Positions 41,803-54,604 of a DNA stretch of 64,000 bases are shown in pieces (position 1 is the first letter of the stretch; each line of letters opens with the position of its first letter). Source of the DNA: Balanoglossus misakiensis. Taxonomy: Eukaryota; Animalia; Hemichordata. Where the stretch lies: assembly GCA_040954595.2 (NCBI GenBank), contig CM082577.2, positions 9,635,846-9,699,845 of the forward strand. The letters run 5' to 3'. The position numbers and the translations under genes were made by a program. The notes below the pieces were generated by a model. It was not told the DNA's origin. It made no database searches and saw only the letters and a program-made list of their open reading frames with translations.

Positions 41803-44800
41803 CATGGGTTATAGCTCATGAAAATCATCAAAAAATGAAAATTTTTCGACTTTGCGAAATCTCCAAATTTCGTCGATTTTTGAAAAAAATCATGGGTTAT
41901 AGCTCATGAAAATCATCAAAAAATGACAATTTTTCGACTTTGCGAAATCTCCAAATTTCGTCGATTTTTGAAAAAAATCATGGGTTATAGCTCATGAAAA
42001 TCATCAAAAAATGACAATTTTCGTCGATTTTTGAAAAAAATCATGGGTTATAGCTCATGAAAATCATCAAAAAATGACAATTTTTCGACTTTGCGAAATC
42101 TCCAAATTTCGTCGATTTATGAAAAAAATCATGGGTTATAGCTCATGAAAATCATCAAAAAATGACAATTTTTCGACTTTGCGAAATCTCCAAATTTCGT
42201 CGATTTTTGAAAAAAATCATGGGTTATAGCTCATGAAAATCATCAAAAAATGACAATTTTTCGACTTTGCGAAATCTCCAAATTTCGTCGATTTTTGAAA
42301 AAAATCATGGGTTATAGCTCATGAAAATCATCAAAAAATGACAATTTTTCGACTTTGCGAAATCTCCAAATTTCGTCGATTTTTGAAAAAAATCATGGGT
42401 TATAGCTCAAGAAAATCATCAAAAAATGACAATTTTTCGACTTTGCGAAATCTCCAAATTTCGTCGATTTTTGAAAAAAATCATGGGTTATAGCTCATGA
42501 AAATCATCAAAAAATGACAATTTTTCGACTTTGCGAAATCTCCAAATTTCGTCGATTTTTGAAAAAAATCATGGGTTATAGCTCATGAAAATCATCAAAA
42601 AATGACAATTTTTCGACTTTGCGAAATCTCCAAATTTCGTCGATTTTTGAAAAAAATCATGGGTTATAGCTCATGAAAATCATCAAAAAATGACAATTTT
42701 TCGACTTTGCGAAATCTCCAAATTTCGTCGATTTTTGAAAAAAATCATGGGTTATAGCTCATGAAAATCATCAAAAAATGACAATTTTTCGACTTTGCGA
42801 AATCTCCAAATTTCGTCGATTTTTGAAAAAAATCATGGGTTATAGCTCATGAAAATCATCAAAAAATGACAATTTTTCGACTTTGCGAAATCTCCAAATT
42901 TCGTCGATTTTTGAAAAAAATCATGGGTTATAGCTCAAGAAAATCATCAAAAAATGACAATTTTTCGACTTTGCGAAATCTCCAAATTTCGTCGATTTTT
43001 GAAAAAAATCATGGGTTATAGCTCATGAAAATCATCAAAAAATGACAATTTTTCGACTTTGCGAAATCTCCAAATTTCGTCGATTTTTGAAAAAAATCAT
43101 GGGTTATAGCTCATGAAAATCATCAAAAAATGACAATTTTTCGACTTTGCGAAATCTCCAAATTTCGTCGATTTTTGAAAAAAATCATGGGTTATAGCTC
43201 ATGAAAATCATCAAAAAATGACAATTTTTCGACTTTGCGAAATCTCCAAATTTCGTCGATTTTTGAAAAAAATCATGGGTTATAGCTCATGAAAATCATC
43301 AAAAAATGACAATTTTTCGACTTTGCGAAATCTCCAAATTTCGTCGATTTTTGAAAAAAATCATGGGTTATAGCTCATGAAAATCATCAAAAAATGACAA
43401 TTTTTCGACTTTGCGAAATCTCCAAATTTCGTCGATTTTTGAAAAAAAATCATGGGTTATAGCTCATGAAAATCATCAAAAAATGACAATTTTTCGACTT
43501 TGCGAAATCTCCAAATTTCGTCGATTTTTGAAAAAAAATCATGGGTTTTAGCTCATGAAAATCATCAAAAAATGACAATTTTTCGACTTTGCGAAATCTC
43601 CAAATTTCGTCGATTTTTGAAAAAAATCATGGGTTATAGCTCATGAAAATCATCAAAAAATGACAATTTTTCGACTTTGCGAAATCTCCAAATTTCGTCG
43701 ATTTTTGAAAAAAATCATGGGTTATAGCTCATGAAAATCATCAAAAAATGACAATTTTTCGACTTTGCGAAATCTCCAAATTTCGTCGATTTTTGAAAAA
43801 AATCATGGGTTATAGCTCATGAAAATCATCAAAAAATGACAATTTTTCGACTTTGCGAAATCTCCAAATTTCGTCGATTTTTGAAAAAAAATCATGGGTT
43901 ATAGCTCATGAAAATCATCAAAAAATGACAATTTTTTGACTTTGCGAAATCTCCAAATTTCGTCGATTTTTGAAAAAAAATCATGGGTTATAGCTCATGA
44001 AAATCATCAAAAAATGACAATTTTTCGACTTTGCGAAATCTCCAAATTTCGTCGATTTTTGAAAAAAATCATGGGTTATAGCTCATGAAAATCATCAAAA
44101 AATGACAATTTTTCGACTTTGCGAAATCTCCAAATTTCGTCGATTTTTGAAAAAAATCATGGGTTATAGCTCATGAAAATCATCAAAAAATGACAATTTT
44201 TCGACTTTGCGAAATCTCCAAATTTCGTCGATTTTTGAAAAAAATCATGGGTTATAGCTCATGAAAATCATCAAAAAATGACAATTTTTCGACTTTGCGA
44301 AATCTCCAAATTTCGTCGATTTTTGAAAAAAATCATGGGTTATAGCTCATGAAAATCATCAAAAAATGACAATTTTTCGACTTTGCGAAATCTCCAAATT
44401 TCGTCGATTTTTGAAAAAAATCATGGGTTATAGCTCATGAAAATCATCAAAAAATGACAATTTTTCGACTTTGCGAAATCTCCAAATTTCGTCGATTTTT
44501 GAAAAAAATCATGGGTTATAGCTCATGAAAATCATCAAAAAAAGACAATTTTTCGACTTTGCGAAATCTCCAAATTTCGTCGATTTTTGAAAAAAATCAT
44601 GGGTTATAGCTCATGAAAATCATCAAAAAATGACAATTTTTCGACTTTGCGAAATCTCCAAATTTCGTCGATTTTTGAAAAAAAATCATGGGTTATAGCT
44701 CATGAAAATCATCAAAAAATGACAATTTTTCGACTTTGCGAAATCTCCAAATTTCGTCGATTTATGAAAAAAATCATGGGTTATAGCTCATGAAAATCAT

Positions 44801-47706
44801 CAAAAAAATGACAATTTTTCGACTTTGCGAAATCTCCAAATTTCGTCGATTTTTGAAAAAAATCATGGGTTATAGCTCATGAAAATCATCAAAAAATGAC
44901 AATTTTTCGACTTTGCGAAATCTCCAAATTTCGTCGATTTTTGAAAAAAATCATGGGTTATAGCTCATGAAAATCATCAAAAAATGACAATTTTTCGACT
45001 TTGCGAAATCTCCAAATTTCGTCGAATTTTGAAAAAAAATCATGGGTTATAGCTCATGAAAATCATCAAAAAATGACAATTTTTCGACTTTGCGAAATCT
45101 CCAAATTTCGTCGATTTTTGAAAAAAAATCATGGGTTTTAGCTCATGAAAATCATCAAAAAATGACAATTTTTCGACTTTGCGAAATCTCCAAATTTCGT
45201 CGATTTTTGAAAAAAATCATGGGTTATAGCTCATGAAAATCATCAAAAAATGACAATTTTTCGACTTTGCGAAATCTCCAAATTTCGTCGATTTTTGAAA
45301 AAAATCATGGGTTATAGCTCATGAAAATCATCAAAAAATGACAATTTTTCGACTTTGCGAAATCTCCAAATTTCGTCGATTTTTGAAAAAAATCATGGGT
45401 TATAGCTCATGAAAATCATCAAAAAATGACAATTTTTCGACTTTGCGAAATCTCCAAATTTCGTCGATTTTTGAAAAAAAATCATGGGTTATAGCTCATG
45501 AAAATCATCAAAAAATGACAATTTTTTGACTTTGCGAAATCTCCAAATTTCGTCGATTTTTGAAAAAAAATCATGGGTTATAGCTCATGAAAATCATCAA
45601 AAAATGACAATTTTTCGACTTTGCGAAATCTCCAAATTTCGTCGATTTTTGAAAAAAATCATGGGTTATAGCTCATGAAAATCATCAAAAAATGACAATT
45701 TTTCGACTTTGCGAAATCTCCAAATTTCGTCGATTTTTGAAAAAAATCATGGGTTATAGCTCATGAAAATCATCAAAAAATGACAATTTTTCGACTTTGC
45801 GAAATCTCCAAATTTCGTCGATTTTTGAAAAAAATCATGGGTTATAGCTCATGAAAATCATCAAAAAATGACAATTTTTCGACTTTGCGAAATCTCCAAA
45901 TTTCGTCGATTTTTGAAAAAAATCATGGGTTATAGCTCATGAAAATCATCAAAAAATGACAATTTTTCGACTTTGCGAAATCTCCAAATTTCGTCGATTT
46001 TTGAAAAAAATCATGGGTTATAGCTCATGAAAATCATCAAAAAATGACAATTTTTCGACTTTGCGAAATCTCCAAATTTCGTCGATTTTTGAAAAAAATC
46101 ATGGGTTATAGCTCATGAAAATCATCAAAAAAAGACAATTTTTCGACTTTGCGAAATCTCCAAATTTCGTCGATTTTTGAAAAAAATCATGGGTTATAGC
46201 TCATGAAAATCATCAAAAAATGACAATTTTTCGACTTTGCGAAATCTCCAAATTTCGTCGATTTTTGAAAAAAAATCATGGGTTATAGCTCATGAAAATC
46301 ATCAAAAAATGACAATTTTTCGACTTTGCGAAATCTCCAAATTTCGTCGATTTATGAAAAAAATCATGGGTTATAGCTCATGAAAATCATCAAAAAAATG
46401 ACAATTTTTCGACTTTGCGAAATCTCCAAATTTCGTCGATTTTTGAAAAAAATCATGGGTTATAGCTCATGAAAATCATCAAAAAATGACAATTTTTCGA
46501 CTTTGCGAAATCTCCAAATTTCGTCGATTTTTGAAAAAAATCATGGGTTATAGCTCATGAAAATCATCAAAAAATGACAATTTTTCGACTTTGCGAAATC
46601 TCCAAATTTCGTCGATTTATGAAAAAAATCATGGGTTATAGCTCATGAAAATCATCAAAAAATGACAATTTTTCGACTTTGCGAAATCTCCAAATTTCGT
46701 CGATTTTTGAAAAAAAAATCATGGGTTATAGCTCATGAAAATCATCAAAAAATGACAATTTTTCGACTTTGCGAAATCTCCAAATTTCGTCGATTTTTGA
46801 AAAAAAATCATGGGTTATAGCTCATGAAAATCATCAAAAAATGACAATTTTTCGACTTTGCGAAATCTCCAAATTTCGTCGATTTTTGAAAAAAATCATG
46901 GGTTATAGCTCATGAAAATCATCAAAAAATGACAATTTTTCGACTTTGCGAAATCTCCAAATTTCGTCGATTTTTGAAAAAAATCATGGGTTATAGCTCA
47001 TGAAAATCATCAAAAAATGACAATTTTTCGACTTTGCGAAATCTCCAAATTTCGTCGATTTTTGAAAAAAATCATGGGTTATAGCTCATGAAAATCATCA
47101 AAAAATGACAATTTTTCGACTTTGCGAAATCTCCAAATTTCGTCGATTTTTGAAAAAAATCATGGGTTATAGCTCATGAAAATCATCAAAAAAATGACAA
47201 TTTTTCGACTTTGCGAAATCTCCAAATTTCGTCGATTTATGAAAAAAATCATGGGTTATAGCTCATGAAAATCATCAAAAAATGACAATTTTTCGACTTT
47301 GCGAAATCTCCAAATTTCGTCGATTTTTGAAAAAAATCATGGGTTATAGCTCATGAAAATCATCAAAAAATGACAATTTTTCGACTTTGCGAAATCTCCA
47401 AATTTCGTCGATTTTTGAAAAAAATCATGGGTTATAGCTCATGAAAATCATCAAAAAATGACAATTTTTCGACTTTGCGAAATCTCCAAATTTCGTCGAT
47501 TTTTGAAAAAAATCATGGGTTATAGCTCATGAAAATCATCAAGAAATGACAATTTTTCGACTTTGCGAAATCTCCAAATTTCGTCGATTTTTGAAAAAAA
47601 TCATGGGTTATAGCTCATGAAAATCATCAAAAAATGACAATTTTTCGACTTTGCGAAATCTCCAAATTTCGTCGATTTTTGAAAAAAATCATGGGTTATA
47701 GCTCAT
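41803..47706. repeat. 88-bp tandem satellite, about 67 units
   Basis: Monomer CATGGGTTATAGCTCATGAAAATCATCAAAAAATGACAATTTTTCGACTTTGCGAAATCTCCAAATTTCGTCGATTTTTGAAAAAAAT; period 88 (41891 to 41979); very few variants; one 63-bp deleted unit at 41979. Confidence 0.99.
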
Positions 47707-47803
47707 ATTCTGTACATGCGCCAAAGACATGTCCTTTTGATAGACAGCTTTAGTATAAAATAAAATCGCCACACGCCAGAGATAAATATAGTAATAAACA
47801 TAT
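47706..47803 (+). repeat. Right copy of direct repeat flanking the satellite
   Basis: TATTCTGTACATGCGCC...TAAAATAAAATCGCCACACGCCAGAGATAAATATAGTAATAAACATAT. Confidence 0.85.
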
Positions 47804-48518
47804 TTTATTAACTTTATTTCCCCTGTAAAAATAGTCCAACATATTTCATTTAAACTTTTTGAAAAGTAGAAACCGACAAAATCTATCATGTATTTTTGTT
47901 CTGATTTTGGAAGCATCCACGATGAATTTTCCCAAATGTATTGCAACTTTACAAGGTGATTTATTATGTCTCTACATTATATACTGAAAAAATAGCCCCG
48001 ACACTAAAGGCAGAACAACCTTAGCTGTCCTACAAAATCTCTAAAGCTCCGCAACAAATAACATGATATATACAGACACTAACGCGTTACACTATGGTTT
48101 ATAGCACAAAACTTGTTAACATAAACAGCGCCCTCTTTGCCCCAAAAGCATGATTCTTTCTGTACTGTACAAGAAATTGTCATCCCTATTTAATGAAGAG
48201 CGTTGCAGATCAAACTGTCCTGATGTGGCAGTCTTCGAAACAAGGTCTCCGGGAATACAATGCAACACGAGTTATTAAATGCACAGATACTTGGGTATAA
48301 ACAGAATAATACATAAATAATGCAACATTTCTCATGAATATACACAGTGTGATAATGCGCTGCAAAAAGCAAATTTTTTTAGAATAATTTTAGCACCATT
48401 TCTTCCCAAGTAAGGTCGAAGTTCAAAAGATCACGGCGACCGAAAGCAGGCAAAAATCGTCCCTAATTTCTAACATAATATAAATACAATACATAAAAAG
48501 GATATAATAATTATTATA

Positions 48519-48830
48519 TTATACCAGTATATTGATGGTGTAAATCACGCTATTTGATTGGTCGAGACATGACACGTGACCGTGATATATTAGCCATATA
48601 CCACAGTCATATATCATAGTTAAAGAAAATGCCTTTTTAAAATGTTTTATGCAAAGTTTCAATATACTGGCATAATATAATAGCAATAAAACACCCCCAG
48701 CCATGGTATACCACTCGATTTTGACCAGTTCAACTCCATATACGCACTCGCTATCGCTCGTGCGTATATGTCGTGAACTGGTCAAAATCTCGTGATATAC
48801 CATGGCTGGGGGTGTTTTATTGCTTAAATA
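48519..48830. mobile_element. Non-autonomous element with a long terminal hairpin, Crypton-like
   Basis: Arms of ~65 bp 48682-48824 (AGCAATAAAACACCCCCAGCCATGGTATA... / ...TATACCATGGCTGGGGGTGTTTTATTGCT) around CTCGCTATCGCTCG, ending TAAATA; TGATTGG near the left end. Left boundary approximate. Confidence 0.7.
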
Positions 48831-50631
48831 TACATTTTTTAATAATCTTGCATAATGCTGTTGATGAGGCTATAACCATGCAATAAATACAATATGCAAA
48901 TAATATCAAACTGCAAAATTTGCACAAATGCAGAGAGTGATAATGACCAGTCGTTAAAAAAACATGCTGACCTCGTTGGAGGCGATTAACAGTAGGAAAG
49001 CCTGATAAATATGAAAACATAATGAGTGATAAAAGGGGGGCCAGCCACCACCCCTTATAAACATGGAAGTATTGGATGCTTTCTGGTAATTTATTATGAC
49101 TGGTCAATATTCAAGCATTATTACCCACGACGAGGGCAATATTAATTGAGATCCACCTTCTTACGAACTCAGACACCATTTTGTGTCTAATTATTATACA
49201 AGGTGGTTTTTACATCAGTCGGCCTGTAGCCGTGATTACAACTTTCTGGTTAATTCACAACAAAATCATCTGTTTCAAAAAAATATCTACGTTTTTCCGG
49301 TACTACTACATACATAGATACATACAACTGAAATGCATATTGTGCAAACATTCTTTGAAGTTTGGCATAAATTGTAAATGTTGTTTGAAGAGTTCCTATA
49401 CAGCGAACAAACTTCAGAAAATGTCACAAATGCAAGGGTATATGGTGGTCACCGCTCCCCCCACTAAAAAAAAATCATTTCATGGTTATTGTCAAAGGAA
49501 GGTTCAAAGTTTGATTGCATTTTCACAAGGTCACCATAGGTCCAAAAAAAAAAAAAAAAACTATAAGAATTTGTTTCTGAAACGTGTCAACCCACTTGCT
49601 ACGTGGCACTTAGAGTTGGTTGAAATCTCACCATTATGGTGCAAATTTTTTTTGATTGCTTCGGCACACATATTAGATATTAAACGTTTTGTTTTAGTTT
49701 TTCAGCTGCTGTTTTGTACTTCATCTTTTTTGTTATTACTTTTAATTTACAGAAATTTTCTTTTAAAAAAAAATGATAAAAATGGAAATTTGTCGGTCGA
49801 GTTTTTACTTTTAAGTCGTGAATTCACAGAGGGGGGTTGAAAGTCATGGATGAGTGTAATACTTTGAAATTCAAATAACAAATTCTGCAACATTGAAATA
49901 TTAAACATAGTGATAAACAATGCATAATAATAATGCATACGTCCCAAGTTTGACTCATTTCAGAGTCACTACTGGTGGAACCTCTCACTGTTTCAACTTT
50001 ATCCATAATTTGCATGCAATATTCTCCGAAAAATATCAAAAAATCCTGCACCTTTCAGAAAGCACAGCTCTCCATTACGGTCCACCCTATCATATTGCTC
50101 TGAAGAAGCATTTAAATCACCGTAACAAAAAAAGACCACCTAGTTCGGTTACTTTGAGTAGAAAAAACCTGAGATATAACGTCTTTGGCCGTCTTGTCTA
50201 TGTCCAGCATAAGATATGGAAAATCTTGTCTCGTTTATAAAAAAAAAGTTTAAAATAAGGTGGCCCTTAAATTCAACAAAGATACAAAAATACCACAGAT
50301 ATATTTTTTACTTGCACCAGTACTTCTTTCGAATTGCTGAGAAAATGTTTATAAGTTGTATAAAGCTGATGAACGGAATTGTCAATGCTTATTTTTTTAC
50401 ATAATATTTATAAATTACAGTAAGATCAGCATTCCGTTGTATAGTCCGCTAGGCAATGTGTGTTTTCCACCAAAAAGGCACTTGGCAGGTACGAGAAAAT
50501 TGTGAGGCATGCATATTCAAGTTTGGTTCTACTGTCCTGTGATACTATCAGAGAATGTCCAGTCCAAGGTGGCGTCCGACGTATATGCCGGTCGAATGTT
50601 GACGATCGCGCCACCAACGGTTCATTGTCAC

Positions 50632-50676
50632 TTATCTTTTGTCTTTCTTCTTGATGCTCGCTTGTTTATCAGCAGT
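50632..50676 (-). CDS. Possible terminal exon of the MPRIP-like gene
   Basis: ttcttttttgcag| acceptor, phase 0 gives TADKQASIKKKDKR*; no homology support. Confidence 0.3.
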   Translation of the reverse strand, partial: TADKQASIKKKDKR

Positions 50677-51271
50677 CTGCAAAAAAGAAATGGTGGAATT
50701 TTTTTAAATAAGTTTCTTATTTGGCTGACGAGTCCACAGCAAACTGGTTTCTGAAATCCAAACATGATAGTTTAGACAAATGCTTCTAAAAGAATTGAAA
50801 TGAAAAGAAAGAGACTTTTATATATTGCTCTTACATGGTTCAGGAATATGAAGTTTCACATATAAAGGAAGGAAATAGCACACACACACAAGAAAAAGAG
50901 AAACTCACACAAATGAACAAAATGTGTCAAGCGTGACTATCTTCTCAAACCAGTTGATTTTGTGCTGACCAGGTTAGTATTATATTGGTGAGTTTTTCCC
51001 CAACGACATGCAAAATAGATAAGTTTAAACAGTGTGCGAATTACAGTGTCATGCCAGACAACGTGCTGTGAAACCAGTGCCGTTTCTGAAATCTCACACA
51101 TTCATGGTTTAGTACACCTGCACCACACCAATGGGGGAAAGCCGGCCATTTTGGATGGGGCTTGCTGCATCTGAATCTGAATTAGAATCTGAATCTGAAT
51201 GAGAATAAAAGCAATGAACCGTGGAATCCACAAACACTATGAAGGTATTAAAATGTATCAGTAAAAAGCAC

Positions 51272-51357
51272 CTTATATGTGAGTTTCTTGGCGGGTCGCT
51301 CTGTCTTCTTGAGGGAACTTTTACCGCTGTAAGATGCTGTCGAGCTAGCTGGCTTAG
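51272..51357 (-). CDS. Possible penultimate exon of the MPRIP-like gene
   Basis: cattcttacag| phase 1 matches the donor at 52320; AKPASSTASYSGKSSLKKTERPAKKLTYK; weak AAG|gtgctt donor, or read-through to stop at 51248. Confidence 0.45.
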
Positions 51358-52319
51358 CTGTAAGAATGACACAATATGACAACTTTTGGTTCAAATGTGA
51401 AGGATTGCAAAATGGGAGTGGGTTACTCGATGACTTGTACATGTTATCGTTAGCTGAGTAGTGATGTCTTGACTTGGTCTATACTATGAAATGGAATGAA
51501 GGGAGGGTTTTTTTGGATTTTAAGCATATTACGTATTTATGGGAAAACAAATCGAGCCTTGGTCGGCAAGTTGATTTCACAGACTACAAATCAGTTACAG
51601 TTTAACCCAAGGAGCTAGGATCTGATCAACTATGAAACAGGGTTACTGGTGTAGGAGATCTTATTGTGGCATTAAACACCTGAGATAAGTGCCCTGACGC
51701 AAAACTGTGTTTGAACCAACACTTGAGATTGCCACAAAACCTCACTTCATCGTCCACTGATGTCTACCACCCCAGGCCTATACACTTAACAGTACACCCA
51801 GGACAATATCTAGTATGTCATCCTCATTTGGGATGTGTCACATATTCAAGAAAATATGCCACACTTGCATTAGAAGTTTTGGTGCAAATATGTTCTTTTT
51901 CATGCTTCCATTCATTTTTATATCACATGCAATTTGGGGATAATCAATATTTGGGGGAGGGGGTTTAGTGCAGAGGAGGGGGATAGTTGTCAGAGTTGGG
52001 GAGGCCTAGGGTTGCTGCATCCAAACATGCGACTTTTAGAATGCACATTATGGAAAATATTCACTTCATGGTTTCATGAATCTTATCTCAAACCCTTTTA
52101 CTACTTGTACTGGTATGCTATTATTATAATCCTCAACACAACATGAAATACACCACTTAGAATTGCACAATTATTTGTAATCCCATAGTGCTTTGAAAAT
52201 TATCCAGGAGAAGGCATTTGATAATTTCTGTTTTGCTGAAATGGCACTCGGGATAACAGAATGGACTGCTCTAATCCAACAGGAAATGTAACCTTCAAAC
52301 CAAACCGAGCTCTCCTCAC

Positions 52320-52659
52320 CTTTAGTACTCTTTTTGGTTTCCATGGGAATGAAAGTTCCCAGTCGGATGTCTGGGCTGGGTCTTCGGAGATTCTCCTCCG
52401 AGTACCACTTGGTCTTTCCGGGAAAATCCTCGGACAAGTTGCTCTCGGAGTACGACCTCTCCCTGTCCAGGTTCGATTTGGACGGCTGCTTGGTTTTCGT
52501 CTCAAAGGTGTGAGGAGCCAGGACCTTCCGGACGTCTGCCTCTTTCAGTTTGTCATACGCTTCGTTCAGTTTCCTCTCGAGATATCTCACTTTCTCCTCG
52601 GTGCCTTCGTGTTCCTGTTTCAGTTTCTTGTACTTCTCAGCGAAAAGTTCGTTTTCTTC
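52320..52659 (-). CDS. MPRIP: MPRIP/TRIOBP/outspread-like, C-terminal exon
   Basis: ttctag| ... G|gtgagg; EENELFAEKYKKLKQE...RERSYSESNL; the frame also stays open to a stop at 52171. Confidence 0.75.
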
Positions 52660-53073
52660 CTAGAATTGCAGAATTTCACACAAGACACACGGTTTAAGTA
52701 TGACCCATGACACGAGGTTTAACCTTTCAACTTTGTCGGCCATATTGAATGTGACACTGTACATATTGCCACAGTTGAATAAAGAACAGCCCAGTATCCT
52801 TGTCTGAACTGAACATTCCAACTGCACCAGGGCTTAAAACAAGGCTTCATTGGACTACAAAGCAGCTCCTTTTCGCTTGAAATGGCACACAAGAATTCAC
52901 AAACTCATCCAGGGGTCTGCAGTTCCTACCCAGACATAGCCCACGCAATCCCTACTGTACCACCACTTTACATTAATAAGCCTCACACGCACAGATTGTG
53001 CTATGCATCGAATATTGTAACACGGCACTGTTTTCACATAATGTAGAACGAAAGTTACCAAATGCACTCTTAC

Positions 53074-53160
53074 CTGCTTGGTCTCCTCTAAATGAAGTCT
53101 GAGTTGATCAATTTCCTCTTGCATAGCTAGCGTTTCCGATTCCTTTATCCTCAGGTTAAT
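53074..53160 (-). CDS. MPRIP: MPRIP/TRIOBP/outspread-like exon
   Basis: acgtag| ... |gtaaga, 87 nt; INLRIKESETLAMQEEIDQLR resembles the MPRIP LLRVKESEIQYLKQEI segment. Confidence 0.85.
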
Positions 53161-53310
53161 CTACGTTGCACAAAATGAAACACATCAATTACTTCTATTG
53201 AAACTTCGAAAAAAAATTACATTTTAACGTTTAGGTTTAATGAAGACAAAACTTAATGACTTAGCACACAGGAAGCTTTCAAGATGTGACCTTTTTCGCG
53301 AATGGCTTAC

Positions 53311-53596
53311 CTTCACCTCGTACAGGTCCAGGATTTCAGTCCCAGCAGCTGCGGCACCTTGATCCGTGTCGACCTCCCTGTCTCCCAGGGTGCTCCTGAG
53401 CGCGGCGATCTCCTCGGCCATCTTCTCGTTGAGTTGCGTGTTCTCGGCGCTCAGGTGTTGGATGCTTTGCTTCTTGTCCTCCAGGGATTGTTGAAGGGCG
53501 GCCAGATGCTCCTCCATCTCCGCGGATTCCATGCACTTGGCGGCGTACTGTTGCGACAAGACCACCATGTCCTGTTCGATTCTCTCAAGCTCCTCT
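53311..53596 (-). CDS. MPRIP: MPRIP/TRIOBP/outspread-like exon (conserved C-terminal coiled coil)
   Basis: ctgcag| ... |gtaagc; VLSQQYAAKCMESA...NTQLNEKMAEEIAALRS resembles MPRIP VLSEQYSQKCLENA...NQELNNRLAAEITRLR. Confidence 0.88.
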
Positions 53597-54604
53597 CTGC
53601 AGGGTGGAGAGAAAAAATGAGCCCGGTCGGTTTTCAGTCAGTGGTGAGCGTGGGAATATGATGGCCAACAACTGAGTCTGGGGGAAGGGGTACGTGACAG
53701 CATTCAAAGACACTGATGAAGACTTGTGAAAGAAGCAATGAAGAATGATTTTACTAATCTATTTCTAACAGATATGTGAATACACGTTTGACGACAAGCC
53801 ACAAAATGTATTTCTGTTCACAATATTAAAACTCAGCACAATTTATGGGAAACTTTGGGCCTGAAAATTTTAGTTCCATTGGTTATCTCATTAAATCACC
53901 GTGTATGCTATAATAATTACAATTTATTTTGATATCAAACTACATTTTGTAGTTCACACTGGCACATGTCTTTTGTGAAGTTATCAGTAAGGTGCGCTTT
54001 GAGAATAATTTAGAATCTGTCTTCATCAATGTTTTGGACTGTCCCATTGCCACAGTCATATAAAAAACATGCGGAAGACAGTGGTGAAAAAGACAGTCAA
54101 GGCAGAGTGGCAAACCTGGAAGTGAAATCCATCTGCAAGAATATACATGTAGACAGGCACGGATTTGCTGTGGAAACGTTTGTGTAAAAATAACAGGCAC
54201 ACCAATACATGTACTTTTTTTTTTATCCAAGGCGTTGATAAAGAAACAAGGCAAATGTATACACCCACAACAAACCAATAAAAGTATATACAGGACACCA
54301 CAAACACCAAGTCCTCAACAGTGACAGTGCTGGCAATACGGATTGTCACATATCGCGCTGAAATTAACTTCCATTTTCTCGCAAAAAGTCCCCAGAAGTT
54401 ACCGGTGGTTACACAGTCTTACTTAACAACTTGCATATACCAGAATTACTGCATTTACTTTACAAAATACTCATGCCACAGTGTTGCAACAATGCACACA
54501 TCTCCACCACAAAAAGGTGCAAAGCACACCATATTGACAATAGTCACAATTCACAATGGTGGAAAAATGGTAGTACATCAAAATATAAACATTTCTGCAT
54601 GGAT

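Noticed and set aside
41803-47706. CRISPR array
   Set aside because: Sequence between the palindromes is identical in every unit (no unique spacers), there are no cas genes, and the context is eukaryotic.
41803-47706. CENP-B box or centromere call
   Set aside because: TTCG words are present but the TTCG-N4-A-N2-CGGG consensus is not; the array is only 5.9 kb between genes.
49181-49840. 219-aa ORF
   Set aside because: AT-rich, runs through poly-A tracts, probably antisense to the MPRIP-like 3' UTR.
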